From the NCBI GenBank assembly GCA_963699755.1, contig CAVOVB010000001.1:1312001-1376000 (forward strand): 64,000 nucleotides of DNA, given 5' to 3'. The DNA is from an uncultured delta proteobacterium. Its GTDB lineage: Bacteria > Myxococcota_A > Polyangia > Polyangiales > Houyiibacteriaceae. A program made the position numbers and the translations under genes. A model generated the notes under the pieces. The model was not told the DNA's origin and made no database searches. It saw nothing but the letters and a program-made list of their open reading frames with translations. The stretch's first letter is position 1. Each line of letters starts with the position of its first letter. Shown here in pieces: positions 1-9,237 of the stretch.

Positions 1-269
1 ACAGCGTCGAGCCGGTCGATGGCCAAGTCGAAGGCTTCATCCCAGGAGATGGGCTCCCAACGGCTTCCGACTTTGCGGACCGGCTGCTTCAATCGGTCGG
101 GGTCGTCATAGAGGTCTTTGAGTGCGGTCGCTTTGGGGCAGATGTGGCCGTGACTGAGGACGTCTGCATCGTCGCCGCGGATCGACTTGACTTCGGTGCC
201 GTCGATTTCGACTTCGAGTCCGCACATCGCTTCGCAGAGATTGCAGGTTCGGTAGTGGGTACTGCTCAT
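1..269 (-). CDS. Molybdopterin-dependent oxidoreductase, N-terminal part (runs off window start)
   Basis: Not in ORF track. Hand translation from ATG at 269: MSSTHYRTCNLCEAMCGLEVEIDGTEVKSIRGDDADVLSHGHICPKATALKDLYDDPDRLKQPVRK...WEPISWDEA. This is the CxxCxxxC...C Fe4S4 motif plus DRL/ISWDEA of the Mo-bis-PGD family. Confidence 0.9.
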   Translation of the reverse strand, partial: MSSTHYRTCNLCEAMCGLEVEIDGTEVKSIRGDDADVLSHGHICPKATALKDLYDDPDRLKQPVRKVGSRWEPISWDEAFDLAIDRLDA

Positions 270-314
270 CGGCGAAGCATACCCGAGTCTAGGCCCTCGG
301 CGTACCCGGCGCGT

Positions 315-2528
315 TCAGCCCTTTCCGAACGAGAATGACGTGCCGTCGGAGTCGACAGCGATCGTATCGCCTTCGCCGAACTGGCCGCCCAGAAGAGCCT
401 CCGCCAGAGGGTCCTGTAGCTCCCGAACGAGGACCCGCTTCAAGGGACGCGCTCCGAACGCCGGCTCGTAACCCAGGTCGATCAGTCGCGCTTTTGCACC
501 ATCGGTCAGCGTCAGGCTGATCTCTCGAGGTGCCAGGAGCTGCTGGAGCTGCCGAAGCTGAATTTCGAGAATCGCCGCGAGATCGCCCTTGTCGAGCCGA
601 TCGAAGATCAGCACTTCGTCGACGCGGTTGAGGAACTCCGGCCGGAAATAGTCGTGGAGCCGATCTTCGATCCGCTCTCGCAGCTTTTCGTCGGAGCCTT
701 CGTGCTCGAGGATGAGCTCGCTTCCCACGTTCGAAGTCATGATGATGACCGTGTCGTGGAAGTGTGCGACCCGTCCTCGCGAGTCGCTCAGCCGACCGTC
801 CTCCAAAACCTGGAGCAGGATGTTGAAAACGTCGGGGTGAGCCTTCTCGACTTCGTCGAACAAGATGACGGAGTAGGGTCGGCGCCTGACCGCCTCCGTC
901 AGAAAGCCGCCTGCCTCGCTGTCGACGTATCCCGGTGGCGCGCCGAGCAGGCGAGCGACCATGTGCCTTTCCATGAACTCGCTCATGTCTAGCCGGGTCA
1001 GCGCAGCCTCGTCGTCGAACAAAAACGCCGCAAGGGCCTTGGCAAGCTCGGTCTTGCCCACACCTGTCGGGCCGAGAAAGAGAAAGGAGCCGATGGGACG
1101 CTTGGGATCGCGGAGGCCGACGCGGCCACGGCGCACCGCCTTGCTCAGCGCGCTCACGGCATGATCCTGGCCCACAACCCGCTCGCGAAGCCGATCCTCC
1201 ATCTGAAGAAGCTTCTGCGCTTCTTCCTCCATCATCTTTGCGGCGGGCACTCCAGTCCAAAGCGCCACGACGGCAGCGACGTCTTCGGGGCCAACCGTTC
1301 TGTCTGACTCGTCACCGTCGAGCCCCAGGCGAACACGCGCCGCGCTCTCATCGATGAGATCGATTGCGCTCTTCGGAAGCTCGCGCCCCGCGACGTAGCG
1401 CCGCGCAAAGCGAACGGCGGCCTCGATCGCCGGCTCGGTGATTTCCACCTCATGAGCGGCCTCAAAACGGCCTTTCACCCCTTGCAAAATCGCGACCGCC
1501 TCCTCTGGGCCTGGCGGTTCGATCTGAATGGGGACGAACCTCCGCGAGAGCGTGCTCGCTTCGTCGTTGATCTCCCGAAGCTCGTCCGGCGTACAGCGGG
1601 CGAGGGCTCGAACCTCGCCTCGGCTCAGCGCGTTGGCGAGCATGTCCCCGGCGCCTCCCTTTGCACGCAGGAACGAGGCCAGGTTCGGCAGAAACAAGAT
1701 CACTTGCCCCCCGGAATCGCGGACGGAGTCGAGGATCGCGCGCATGCGCTCTTCGAGTTGCCCACGAAGCCTCGTTCCCGCGACGAGCTCGCCCGAGTCG
1801 AGCGCGATGATCCGTTTGTCATCCAAGAGGTCGGGCACCTCACCTGCCGCAATCCTCGAGGCGAGCGCATGGACGAGCGCCGTGCGCCCCGTTCCGTCTT
1901 CGCCAACGAGCAGAGGGTTCTTCTCCTCGCGCCGTGCGAGGACCTGGAGCATCCGGCGAAGCTCGGCCTCCCGACCCACGAGAGGATCGAAGGCATCTTG
2001 GCTCGCCAAACGCGTCAGATCGAGGCCGTACTCCTCCAAAACGCCCGTTTTTGCAACTGCTGCGCGGCCAGGCTCGCGGTTTTCGCTGCCGTCTCCCAAG
2101 GCCTCCCGCAAAATCGCGCTGCTCAAGCCGGCGCTTCGCAGAACCGAGTGCAATGAACCGTTAGGCTCTTGAGCGCAGGCCAGAACCAAGTTCGCCGTTT
2201 CGACCGGCAGCCCAGCGTGCTGCGTCGCTTCGCGCTCTGCCCGCGACAGCAGCTCTAGAAATCGAGATGAAAGATACGCTTCCCCCCCGCCGTCGGTCTT
2301 CGCGAGCCTCCGAAGCGCCCACTCGGAATCGATCAGAAGGTCGGTCGCGTTCACGCCTGCTCTCTCGAGTGCGGCTTGCGCCTCCGGCGCCTGATCCACC
2401 AGCTCATACCAAAGATGGATCGGTTGGACTTCTGCGTGCTTGCGATCGTCTGCGAGTCGTTGCGCCGCCGCGACGTACCGCCGCGCTTCCTCGCCGTATG
2501 AATCGAGCCGCAGGGTGAGTTTCTTCAA
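315..2528 (-). CDS. ClpB-like Clp/Hsp100 AAA+ protein with degenerate NBD1 and no middle domain
   Basis: Clp-N region, then FDPLVGREAELRR...KNPLLVG and LPKSAIDLIDE. NBD2 intact (GPTGVGKTELAKALA, ILFDEVEKAHPDV, RPEFLNRVDE, FGARPLKR). TTG start overlaps the DUF1844 stop (TTGA). Confidence 0.9.
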   Translation of the reverse strand: MKKLTLRLDSYGEEARRYVAAAQRLADDRKHAEVQPIHLWYELVDQAPEAQAALERAGVNATDLLIDSEWALRRLAKTDGGGEAYLSSRFLELLSRAEREATQHAGLPVETANLVLACAQEPNGSLHSVLRSAGLSSAILREALGDGSENREPGRAAVAKTGVLEEYGLDLTRLASQDAFDPLVGREAELRRMLQVLARREEKNPLLVGEDGTGRTALVHALASRIAAGEVPDLLDDKRIIALDSGELVAGTRLRGQLEERMRAILDSVRDSGGQVILFLPNLASFLRAKGGAGDMLANALSRGEVRALARCTPDELREINDEASTLSRRFVPIQIEPPGPEEAVAILQGVKGRFEAAHEVEITEPAIEAAVRFARRYVAGRELPKSAIDLIDESAARVRLGLDGDESDRTVGPEDVAAVVALWTGVPAAKMMEEEAQKLLQMEDRLRERVVGQDHAVSALSKAVRRGRVGLRDPKRPIGSFLFLGPTGVGKTELAKALAAFLFDDEAALTRLDMSEFMERHMVARLLGAPPGYVDSEAGGFLTEAVRRRPYSVILFDEVEKAHPDVFNILLQVLEDGRLSDSRGRVAHFHDTVIIMTSNVGSELILEHEGSDEKLRERIEDRLHDYFRPEFLNRVDEVLIFDRLDKGDLAAILEIQLRQLQQLLAPREISLTLTDGAKARLIDLGYEPAFGARPLKRVLVRELQDPLAEALLGGQFGEGDTIAVDSDGTSFSFGKG

Positions 2529-2806
2529 GCCTCGTCGTCCGCTGCTTTCACCGCCGCCACGAATCGAAGCCGCAAGTCGTACAGGACTTCGGAGATCAGC
2601 CGCTCCTCCTCACCAGTGAGGTTTCCCCTCGTCTTCTCTTCGAGCAGTGCGATGCAGTCGATCGATTGCTTGGCGTGGGCTAGGTTGACCGGCGAGTCGT
2701 CTTCAACGCCCGGCAGCTTGCCGAGATGCATGAGCGCGGATGTGCTCAGCGACAAGATGAAGGTGTTGAAGTCGATGATCGGTTCGTCGCTCTCTTCATC
2801 ACTCAT
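2525..2806 (-). CDS. DUF1844 domain protein
   Basis: IDFNTFILSLSTSALMHLG...NLAHAKQSIDCIALLEEKTRGNLTGEEERLISEVLYDLRLRFV matches the DUF1844 pattern. Confidence 0.85.
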   Translation of the reverse strand: MSDEESDEPIIDFNTFILSLSTSALMHLGKLPGVEDDSPVNLAHAKQSIDCIALLEEKTRGNLTGEEERLISEVLYDLRLRFVAAVKAADDEA

Positions 2807-2820
2807 GGGCGTTGCTCCGC

Positions 2821-2991
2821 CTACGGCTCGTCTTTCGAATCGCCGGGGTCGATCTCGACCGTATCGTACGAACCTTCGCGATCGACGAGGGCCGTCAGGT
2901 GCTGCTCGTACTCTTCCTTCGAAATCAAGCCTTTCGTGATGTTGCGTTCCACGATGCGCTTGTCGACTAGTCTATCACCCAAGGTTGCCAT
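2821..2991 (-). CDS. Small 56-aa hypothetical protein
   Basis: Below ORF-track cutoff. MATLGDRLVDKRIVERNITKGLISKEEYEQHLTALVDREGSYDTVEIDPGDSKDEP. Lies directly after a TTGACA-N16-TACACT promoter and 14 nt before DUF1844. Confidence 0.75.
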   Translation of the reverse strand: MATLGDRLVDKRIVERNITKGLISKEEYEQHLTALVDREGSYDTVEIDPGDSKDEP

Positions 2992-2998
2992 GCGGCCG

Positions 2999-3026
2999 AG
3001 TGTAGATTCGCCTCACCCGCTGTCAA
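2999..3026 (-). promoter_or_regulatory. Sigma70-type promoter TTGACA-N16-TACACT, probably leaderless
   Basis: Minus strand: ttgaca gcgggtgaggcgaatc tacact cggccgc ATG (7 nt from -10 to ATG at 2991). An opposing TTGACA lies on the plus strand at 3038-3043. Confidence 0.65.
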
Positions 3027-3051
3027 CTCACACTAGTTTGACACCCTCGCG

Positions 3052-4578
3052 GTGACCTCCGATCCTGAATTCGTGCTCCGGACCGTACCACCATCGGCCG
3101 ACCAGCTGCGCGAGCTGGAGATCCTGATTCGCGCACACCACCCACTCTTGCTCGTGGATACCGTCGAGGAACAGCGTGTTCACGTGCTGCTCGAGCATGC
3201 CGCGGAGCGCATCGGCTTGCCACTTTTCTCCTGGACTCAGGTCGATGGTCTCCGCCGTGAGCTTCCAGAGCCAGGGCACACCCCGGAGAGCGGACCCCCT
3301 CAGAAGGCGCTCTCTTTCATCGAGCGATCGAACCTGGAAGCGATCTTTCATCTTCAAGGGCTCGGACCCTATCTTCACGAGCCCGCCGTCGTTGCGCGGA
3401 TCAAGAACATCCACAAGAAGTACTTCGGGCACCGCGGAGCTGTCGTCGTATCCGGCCAGGGCCTCGACATGCCTCCGGCGATCGAGCATCTCTTCACGCC
3501 GCTCAGTCTGCATGCTCCGTCGTCAGAGGCCTATCATTCGTTCGTGCAAGCGGTGCTCCGCGACCTGGCCAAGCGTCATCGCGTAAAGGTGGAGCTATCG
3601 AGCGTCGACGTGTCGAAGCTCCTTGCCGCCTTGCACGGCCTCACCTTCTTCGAGGTACAGAAGATCATTACCCAGGCCGTGGTCGAGGACGGCGTCTTGG
3701 GGCGCGAGGATATCGTCAAGGTTCTCGAGGCCAAGCGTCAGATCATCGAACGCTCCGGGGTGCTCGAGTACTTCCCGCACGAGCACCAGATGGGCGACGT
3801 TGCGGGTCTCACCGAGCTCAAGGGCTGGCTTCGCAAGCGCCAGGCGGCCTTCGAAGACCCGAAGCGAGCGAAAGAGTACGGACTATCCCCGCCCAAAGGT
3901 CTGATGTTGATCGGTGTCCAGGGTTGCGGAAAGAGCCTATGTGCCAAAGCGGTGGCCGCCGAGTGGAAGCTCCCCTTGATCCGTCTAGACCCATCGAACC
4001 TCTACAACCGCTACGTCGGCGAGAGCGAAAAGAACCTGAAGCGAGCGATCAAGCTCGCAGAAGCGATGGCGCCAGTGGTCCTTTGGATCGATGAGATCGA
4101 AAAGGCGCTTTCACAAGAGGACGCAGAGGGCGGGCCCGCACAGCGGATCTTCGGTACCTTCCTCGCCTGGCTTCAGGACAAGAAGGAGAATGTCTTCGTC
4201 ATTGCCACCGCCAATGACATTTCAAAGCTTCCGCCGGAGCTGATGCGCAAAGGCCGCTTCGACGAGATCTTCTTCGTGGACCTTCCTGGAACCGAGGCGC
4301 GCAAGCGGATCTTGGAGATCCACCTGGAGCGCCGAAAACGCAATCCGGAGAAGTTCGACATCCGACGGCTGGTCGACCTGACCGACGGTTTCAGCGGTGC
4401 CGAGATCGAGCAAGCCGTCGTCTCCGCCCTATACACGGCCTTCTCCCGGCAAGAAGATCTCACGACCGAAGTCATCGCGGACGAGCTCGAACTGACGAGG
4501 CCGCTCTCGGTCACGATGGCCGAGCGGATTGACGCCCTCCGCGAATGGGCCAAGGATCGCGCGGTTTTCGCCGGCTGA
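3052..4578 (+). CDS. AAA+ ATPase (Ycf46/SpoVK-like)
   Basis: Walker A GVQGCGKS, Walker B VLWIDEIEK, ATANDISKLPPELMRKGRFDEIFFVDLP, C-terminal PLSVTMAERIDALREWA. Confidence 0.9.
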   Translation: MTSDPEFVLRTVPPSADQLRELEILIRAHHPLLLVDTVEEQRVHVLLEHAAERIGLPLFSWTQVDGLRRELPEPGHTPESGPPQKALSFIERSNLEAIFHLQGLGPYLHEPAVVARIKNIHKKYFGHRGAVVVSGQGLDMPPAIEHLFTPLSLHAPSSEAYHSFVQAVLRDLAKRHRVKVELSSVDVSKLLAALHGLTFFEVQKIITQAVVEDGVLGREDIVKVLEAKRQIIERSGVLEYFPHEHQMGDVAGLTELKGWLRKRQAAFEDPKRAKEYGLSPPKGLMLIGVQGCGKSLCAKAVAAEWKLPLIRLDPSNLYNRYVGESEKNLKRAIKLAEAMAPVVLWIDEIEKALSQEDAEGGPAQRIFGTFLAWLQDKKENVFVIATANDISKLPPELMRKGRFDEIFFVDLPGTEARKRILEIHLERRKRNPEKFDIRRLVDLTDGFSGAEIEQAVVSALYTAFSRQEDLTTEVIADELELTRPLSVTMAERIDALREWAKDRAVFAG

Positions 4579-4644
4579 GCGATGTGGGATAGCGCCGGCT
4601 GGGCGGGTGCTCTAGCTTCTACTCCTTAGTTTGCGGGGTCTCCG

Positions 4645-6360
4645 ATGATTGCACGATTGATTCCTGGCGTAGCCGGGCTAGCGGTCTTTTTGGCGAGCTG
4701 CAGCACAGCCTCGATCGACACGATCTGTGTGAGCAATTGCGCGAATGATCGCGGTCCACTCGTCGAGACCGCGTTCGGTCCGGTAGAGGGTTACGAGGAG
4801 GACGGCGTGCTCTCATACCGTGGTATTCCCTACGCCGCCGCACCGGTCGACATGCTTCGCTGGAAGCCCCCGGTCGACCCAACGCCATGGACCGACGCGC
4901 TTCCGGTCGTCGATAAGCCCAAGATCTGTCCTCAGCTTGCGTTCGCGGGCCTTCCGGTGCCTGGCTTCATGCCGGACGAAGACTGCCTCTACCTCAACAT
5001 CGACACGCCGGCCCAGGGCTCGGGCATCCCGGTCATGGTCTGGATCCACGGAGGCGGCTTCACGCTAGGTGAGGGCGTGCAGACCGACGGCGGCACGGCC
5101 GGCGACCTGATTGCGCGCGAAATGGGCGCAGTCGTGGTCAGCATGAACTATCGGCTCGGCCAGCTTGGATTCCTCGCACACAGCGAGCTTTCGGCGGAGA
5201 GCCCGGACGGAGCGTCCGGCAACTATGGCCTGATGGATCAAACCGCTGCCCTTCGGTGGGTGCGCGACAACATCGCGAGCTTTGGCGGCGATCCGGGGAA
5301 CGTCACGATTTTCGGCGAGTCCGCTGGTGCCTTCAGTGTCTGCAGCCATCTGGCCTCGGCAAAGAGCGAGGGCCTCTTCCACAAAGCGATCATACAAAGC
5401 GGCTCCTGCGAGCGGCCCTGGCCCACGCTTGCCGCCGCAGAAGCGCAGGGCGACGCTTTTGCCGCCGCGCTCGGCTGTGACACGAACCAAGACGTCCTGG
5501 CCTGCATGCGCGCCAAGTCGACGAGCGAGGTGCTGGGAGCCCTCCCACCCGCCCCAAACTTCGGGTTCACGCCGACCGAAGAGACGTCGGGTAGCTGGGG
5601 CCCCGTGCTCGACGGCTCGTTCTTCACCGAGCAGCCGAGCGACTCGTTCAGCTCGGGCAACTTCAACCGAGTACCGACGATCATCGGCTTCACTCGGGAA
5701 GAGGCAAGGCTCTTCGTCTGGCTCGGCGAGATCGCCGATCCACCTCTCGAGGTGACGGCCGAGAACTATGAAGAGCTGATCGCTCACTTGCTCGGAGGCA
5801 ACAGCGAGCTTGCCGCCAAAGCCGTCAACGAATATCCACTGTCGGACTACTCCGAGCCTGCCGTGGCCCTTGCAGCGGTCGCGACGGACGCAATCTTCCG
5901 CTGTCCAGGCAAGCTCGAAGCCGCGAAGCTCAGCGCGTTCACCCCGACATACCTCTATCAGTTCGAGTACCAGGAGGGACACTCCCAGCTCGAAGTGGCC
6001 TTGCCGTTCATCAAGGCAGCCCTGCCGACCTACGGCCTGGGCGCCTTTCACGCTGCGGATATCCCGTACGTCTTCGGCTACGATCCGCTCATCGAGATCA
6101 ACCCCGAAGACTTTTCGACCACGCTCAAGCCCTGGGGGGTCGGGACGGCGGACTGGGAGCTCTGGGTGGCGATCTTGAGCGACTTCTGGCGATTCGCGCT
6201 GACCGATGATCCGAGCCCTTTGGGCGGTGTGCAGTGGCCGACCTACGACGAAGAGACCGATCAGCATCGGGTCTTCGATACCCTGGTGTACGTCGGCAGC
6301 AACGCCGCCGAGAGCTGCGACTTCTGGGCCGGCGAAGACTACCTGGTCAGCGAGCTCTGA
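4645..6360 (+). CDS. Type-B carboxylesterase/lipase, predicted lipoprotein
   Basis: Lipobox LASC; GIPYA; EDCLYLNI; WIHGGGF; nucleophile FGESAG; His in AFHAADI. Confidence 0.92.
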   Translation: MIARLIPGVAGLAVFLASCSTASIDTICVSNCANDRGPLVETAFGPVEGYEEDGVLSYRGIPYAAAPVDMLRWKPPVDPTPWTDALPVVDKPKICPQLAFAGLPVPGFMPDEDCLYLNIDTPAQGSGIPVMVWIHGGGFTLGEGVQTDGGTAGDLIAREMGAVVVSMNYRLGQLGFLAHSELSAESPDGASGNYGLMDQTAALRWVRDNIASFGGDPGNVTIFGESAGAFSVCSHLASAKSEGLFHKAIIQSGSCERPWPTLAAAEAQGDAFAAALGCDTNQDVLACMRAKSTSEVLGALPPAPNFGFTPTEETSGSWGPVLDGSFFTEQPSDSFSSGNFNRVPTIIGFTREEARLFVWLGEIADPPLEVTAENYEELIAHLLGGNSELAAKAVNEYPLSDYSEPAVALAAVATDAIFRCPGKLEAAKLSAFTPTYLYQFEYQEGHSQLEVALPFIKAALPTYGLGAFHAADIPYVFGYDPLIEINPEDFSTTLKPWGVGTADWELWVAILSDFWRFALTDDPSPLGGVQWPTYDEETDQHRVFDTLVYVGSNAAESCDFWAGEDYLVSEL

Positions 6361-6370
6361 GACGCTGCGC

Positions 6371-6856
6371 TCAGCCCGCTTCCTTGAGGGCGCGCTGGTT
6401 GTAGTCGTGCTCGTCGCGCATGCCTTCCATCGTGCTCTTTTCGATGAAAGCTTCGAGCTTCTTGCGAATCAGAGGCACCTTTGCAGTGGCCTCGAACTCG
6501 ATGTCGTAGGTGCAGCCGCTCCCGTTCGGGGAGATCGTGACATTGGAGTCGATCGCACCGGGTGTACCGACGACGTCGATGTGGCTCTTGCAGGTCTTCT
6601 TTTCGCCCGCATCTCGCCACTCGCGGCGCTCGACAATCGTATTGGTCGCGTTGAAGAGCTTCTTCGCAAAGCCGGGAAGGTCGCTGTCGATTTCGCGGGT
6701 CGAAGTGATGATGGTCGTGCCGCCCGACTTCTCCACTTGGATGCGCACGTTTCGCTCGCCAGACGCCTCGCAGCGCTTCTTGATGTGATCGGGATCGGTC
6801 ACGAGGCGATACACTGTATCGACGTCTTGGCTGTAGTTGATGGTCAGTTTCGGCAT
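6371..6856 (-). CDS. DUF2505 (SRPBCC-like) protein
   Basis: YSQDVDTVYRLVTDP...LPGFAKKLF...KVPLIRKKLEAFI; GGAG SD before ATG at 6856. Confidence 0.7.
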   Translation of the reverse strand: MPKLTINYSQDVDTVYRLVTDPDHIKKRCEASGERNVRIQVEKSGGTTIITSTREIDSDLPGFAKKLFNATNTIVERREWRDAGEKKTCKSHIDVVGTPGAIDSNVTISPNGSGCTYDIEFEATAKVPLIRKKLEAFIEKSTMEGMRDEHDYNQRALKEAG

Positions 6857-6913
6857 GTCCAACTCCCGTTGCGAAGGAGGGAGCCTAACACGGTTGCGGC
6901 CGAGATCGAGGAC

Positions 6914-8296
6914 CTAATGACCGAAGACGACGTGCAAGATCAGCTCTGCCACTGCGAAATAGACGAGGAGTCCGAGCACGTCGACGACCGACGCGATGAA
7001 CGGAGTCGAAGAGACGGCAGGATCGAGACCTGCGCGCCGGATCAGCAGCGGAAGCAACGAGCCGATCATCGTACTCAAGGTCACGATGGCGAGGATGCTG
7101 GTGCCAATGGCCGTGGCGATGGCGATCGGCGCAACGCTTTCGCCCGCGAACCAGCCCCGCGCAAAGCCAATCATGCCCAGGGCGATTCCCAACGACAAGC
7201 CGATGAGCAGCTCGCGCCCGGCCACCTTCGCCCAGTCCCGGGGCCGAAGCTCGCCGACCGCCATTGCGCGGATGACGAGCGTGGCGGACTGCGACCCTGC
7301 ATTTCCTCCCGACGCGATGATCAAGGGAATGAAGAGAACCAGCTCGACCGTGGCGGAGAGGAAATCCTGGTTCCGGCGGATCACCGTCGCGGTGAGCAGC
7401 TGCGCGATGAAGAGGAGGACGAGCCACGAGCCGCGCTTCCAAACGAACTCGGCCCAGCCGGTGTCGAAGTACGAGTCCTCGAGAGGCACGACACCACCCA
7501 TCTTCTGCGCGTCTTCGGTCGCCTCTTCGATGACGACGTCGACGACGTCATCGACGGTGACGACCCCTAGCATCCTCGAAAGATTGTCGACCACGGGAAG
7601 GGCAGCCAAGTCGTAGCGAGCGATCGCGTGGGCTACTTTCTCCTGATCGTCGAACGCCGATACCTTGAATACATTCTCGGTCATGATCTCCGAGAGCGAC
7701 TGCCCCGGCTCGCTCAAGATCAAGTCGCGAAGGGAAACCACGCCCAAGAGCTCGCCGTTGGTCCGACAGACGTAGATGTAGTAAAGTATCTCCGCCATCT
7801 CGTCGCGGCCCAAGCGCCGCGCAGCTTCCATTGCCTCCCAAACTTTCGTCTCCGGTGGCAAGGACGCGAACTCGGTGGTCATCAGACCACCGGCGGTTTC
7901 CGGCTCGTACCGGACGAGCTCGCGGACTTCCTCGGCGGCCTCTGGCTCGTGGCGCTCGAGCGCGCGAAGTAAGGCGGTTGCCTCTTCTTCTTCGAGCTCC
8001 TGGAGCAAGTCGACGCGATCGTCGGGGTCCATTTCCCGAAGCAGCTCGACAGCGCGTCGGATGTCGATCGCGTTGAAGACCAGAACCTGGCGACGCGGGC
8101 TCAGTCGCTCGACGACGTCGGCGGCAGTTTCCGTAGGCAAGGCGCGGACCAGCGAGACCGCCTCCCGCGCAGACAGGTCCTCGAGCAGCTCTGCGACGTC
8201 TTCGGCGTGGAACTCGGACACCGCCTCGCGAACGGCCTCGGGACCGATCGCTATCGCGTCCTGGAGGTCCGGTCCTATCAGTGGTGCCAAGCGCAT
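6914..8296 (-). CDS. mgtE: Magnesium transporter MgtE
   Basis: YEPETAGGLMTTE, CBS pair, GVVTVDDVVD, GGNAGSQS, LDPAVSSTPFIASVVD. Confidence 0.95.
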   Translation of the reverse strand: MRLAPLIGPDLQDAIAIGPEAVREAVSEFHAEDVAELLEDLSAREAVSLVRALPTETAADVVERLSPRRQVLVFNAIDIRRAVELLREMDPDDRVDLLQELEEEEATALLRALERHEPEAAEEVRELVRYEPETAGGLMTTEFASLPPETKVWEAMEAARRLGRDEMAEILYYIYVCRTNGELLGVVSLRDLILSEPGQSLSEIMTENVFKVSAFDDQEKVAHAIARYDLAALPVVDNLSRMLGVVTVDDVVDVVIEEATEDAQKMGGVVPLEDSYFDTGWAEFVWKRGSWLVLLFIAQLLTATVIRRNQDFLSATVELVLFIPLIIASGGNAGSQSATLVIRAMAVGELRPRDWAKVAGRELLIGLSLGIALGMIGFARGWFAGESVAPIAIATAIGTSILAIVTLSTMIGSLLPLLIRRAGLDPAVSSTPFIASVVDVLGLLVYFAVAELILHVVFGH

Positions 8297-8345
8297 CGCG
8301 CCCGATTCTGGCGCATACAGGTGACCGCCGCAGCAAAAATCTGGC

Positions 8346-9062
8346 CTACTCGGTCTCTTGTTTCGATCGGAAGCGGATGTTGATCAGCTCGACCATCAAG
8401 GCGAAAGCCATGGCGAAATAGATGTAGCCCTTGTTGATGTGCTGCCCTAGGCCCTCTGCCGTGAGTAAGACCCCGATGAGCAGGAGGAAGGAGAGGGCGA
8501 GAATCTTCATCGAAGGGTACTTGTTGACGAAGTCACCGATCTGCTTGGCGAAGAGCAGCATCACCCCAATCGCGATGACCACCGCGGTCACCATCACCTC
8601 GATGTGCTCCGCCATGCCGACGGCGGTGATCACCGAGTCGAGCGAGAAGATGATGTCGAGCACCATGATCTGCGCGACGATGCCCGGCATGCCATGAAAC
8701 CAACCGGCGATGTCCTCCTGGTGCTCGCCTTCGACCTTCTCGTAGATCTCTTGGGCGCTCTTGGCGATGAGGAACAGGCCGCCTCCGAGCAGGATGAGGT
8801 CGCGGCCCGAGAAGGGATGGCCGAGGACTTCGAACAGCGGATGGGTCAGCTGCATCACCCAATTGATGGTCATCAGGAGACCGATGCGGGTGAACATGGC
8901 CCCAAGAAGACCAAGCCGATAAGCCAGCCCCTGTTTCTCCACCGGCAGGCGGGATGCCAGAATCGCGATGAAGACGATATTGTCGATCCCGAGAACGATC
9001 TCGAGGAGCGTGAGGGTCAGGAGCGCGACCCAGGCGTCGGGATTGAAGAGCAGCTCGGTCAT
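8346..9062 (-). CDS. TerC family membrane protein
   Basis: LEIVLGIDNIVFIAIL, DIIFSLDSVITAVG, KGYIYFAMAF. Confidence 0.93.
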   Translation of the reverse strand: MTELLFNPDAWVALLTLTLLEIVLGIDNIVFIAILASRLPVEKQGLAYRLGLLGAMFTRIGLLMTINWVMQLTHPLFEVLGHPFSGRDLILLGGGLFLIAKSAQEIYEKVEGEHQEDIAGWFHGMPGIVAQIMVLDIIFSLDSVITAVGMAEHIEVMVTAVVIAIGVMLLFAKQIGDFVNKYPSMKILALSFLLLIGVLLTAEGLGQHINKGYIYFAMAFALMVELINIRFRSKQETE

Positions 9063-9237
9063 CTGCGCGGCCCGTTTTAGCGTGACGCAAGCGTGTGCGG
9101 CAAACCCTCTTGGGCGACGGATGGCTTGATACGGCCTTCGGTGGCCTCGAAGGCACAGCGGATCTCCAAGAAGGCCTCGCGCAGGCGCTTTCTCTCCGAT
9201 AGTTGCGGGGCTTGGATGGTCTGGCTAACCTGAGCCT

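Noticed and set aside
9063..9237. Possible yybP-ykoY (Mn2+) riboswitch upstream of terC, or an M-box before mgtE
   Set aside because: Only a short gccttcg/cgaaggc hairpin; conserved riboswitch motifs not seen; the mgtE-terC gap is just 49 nt.
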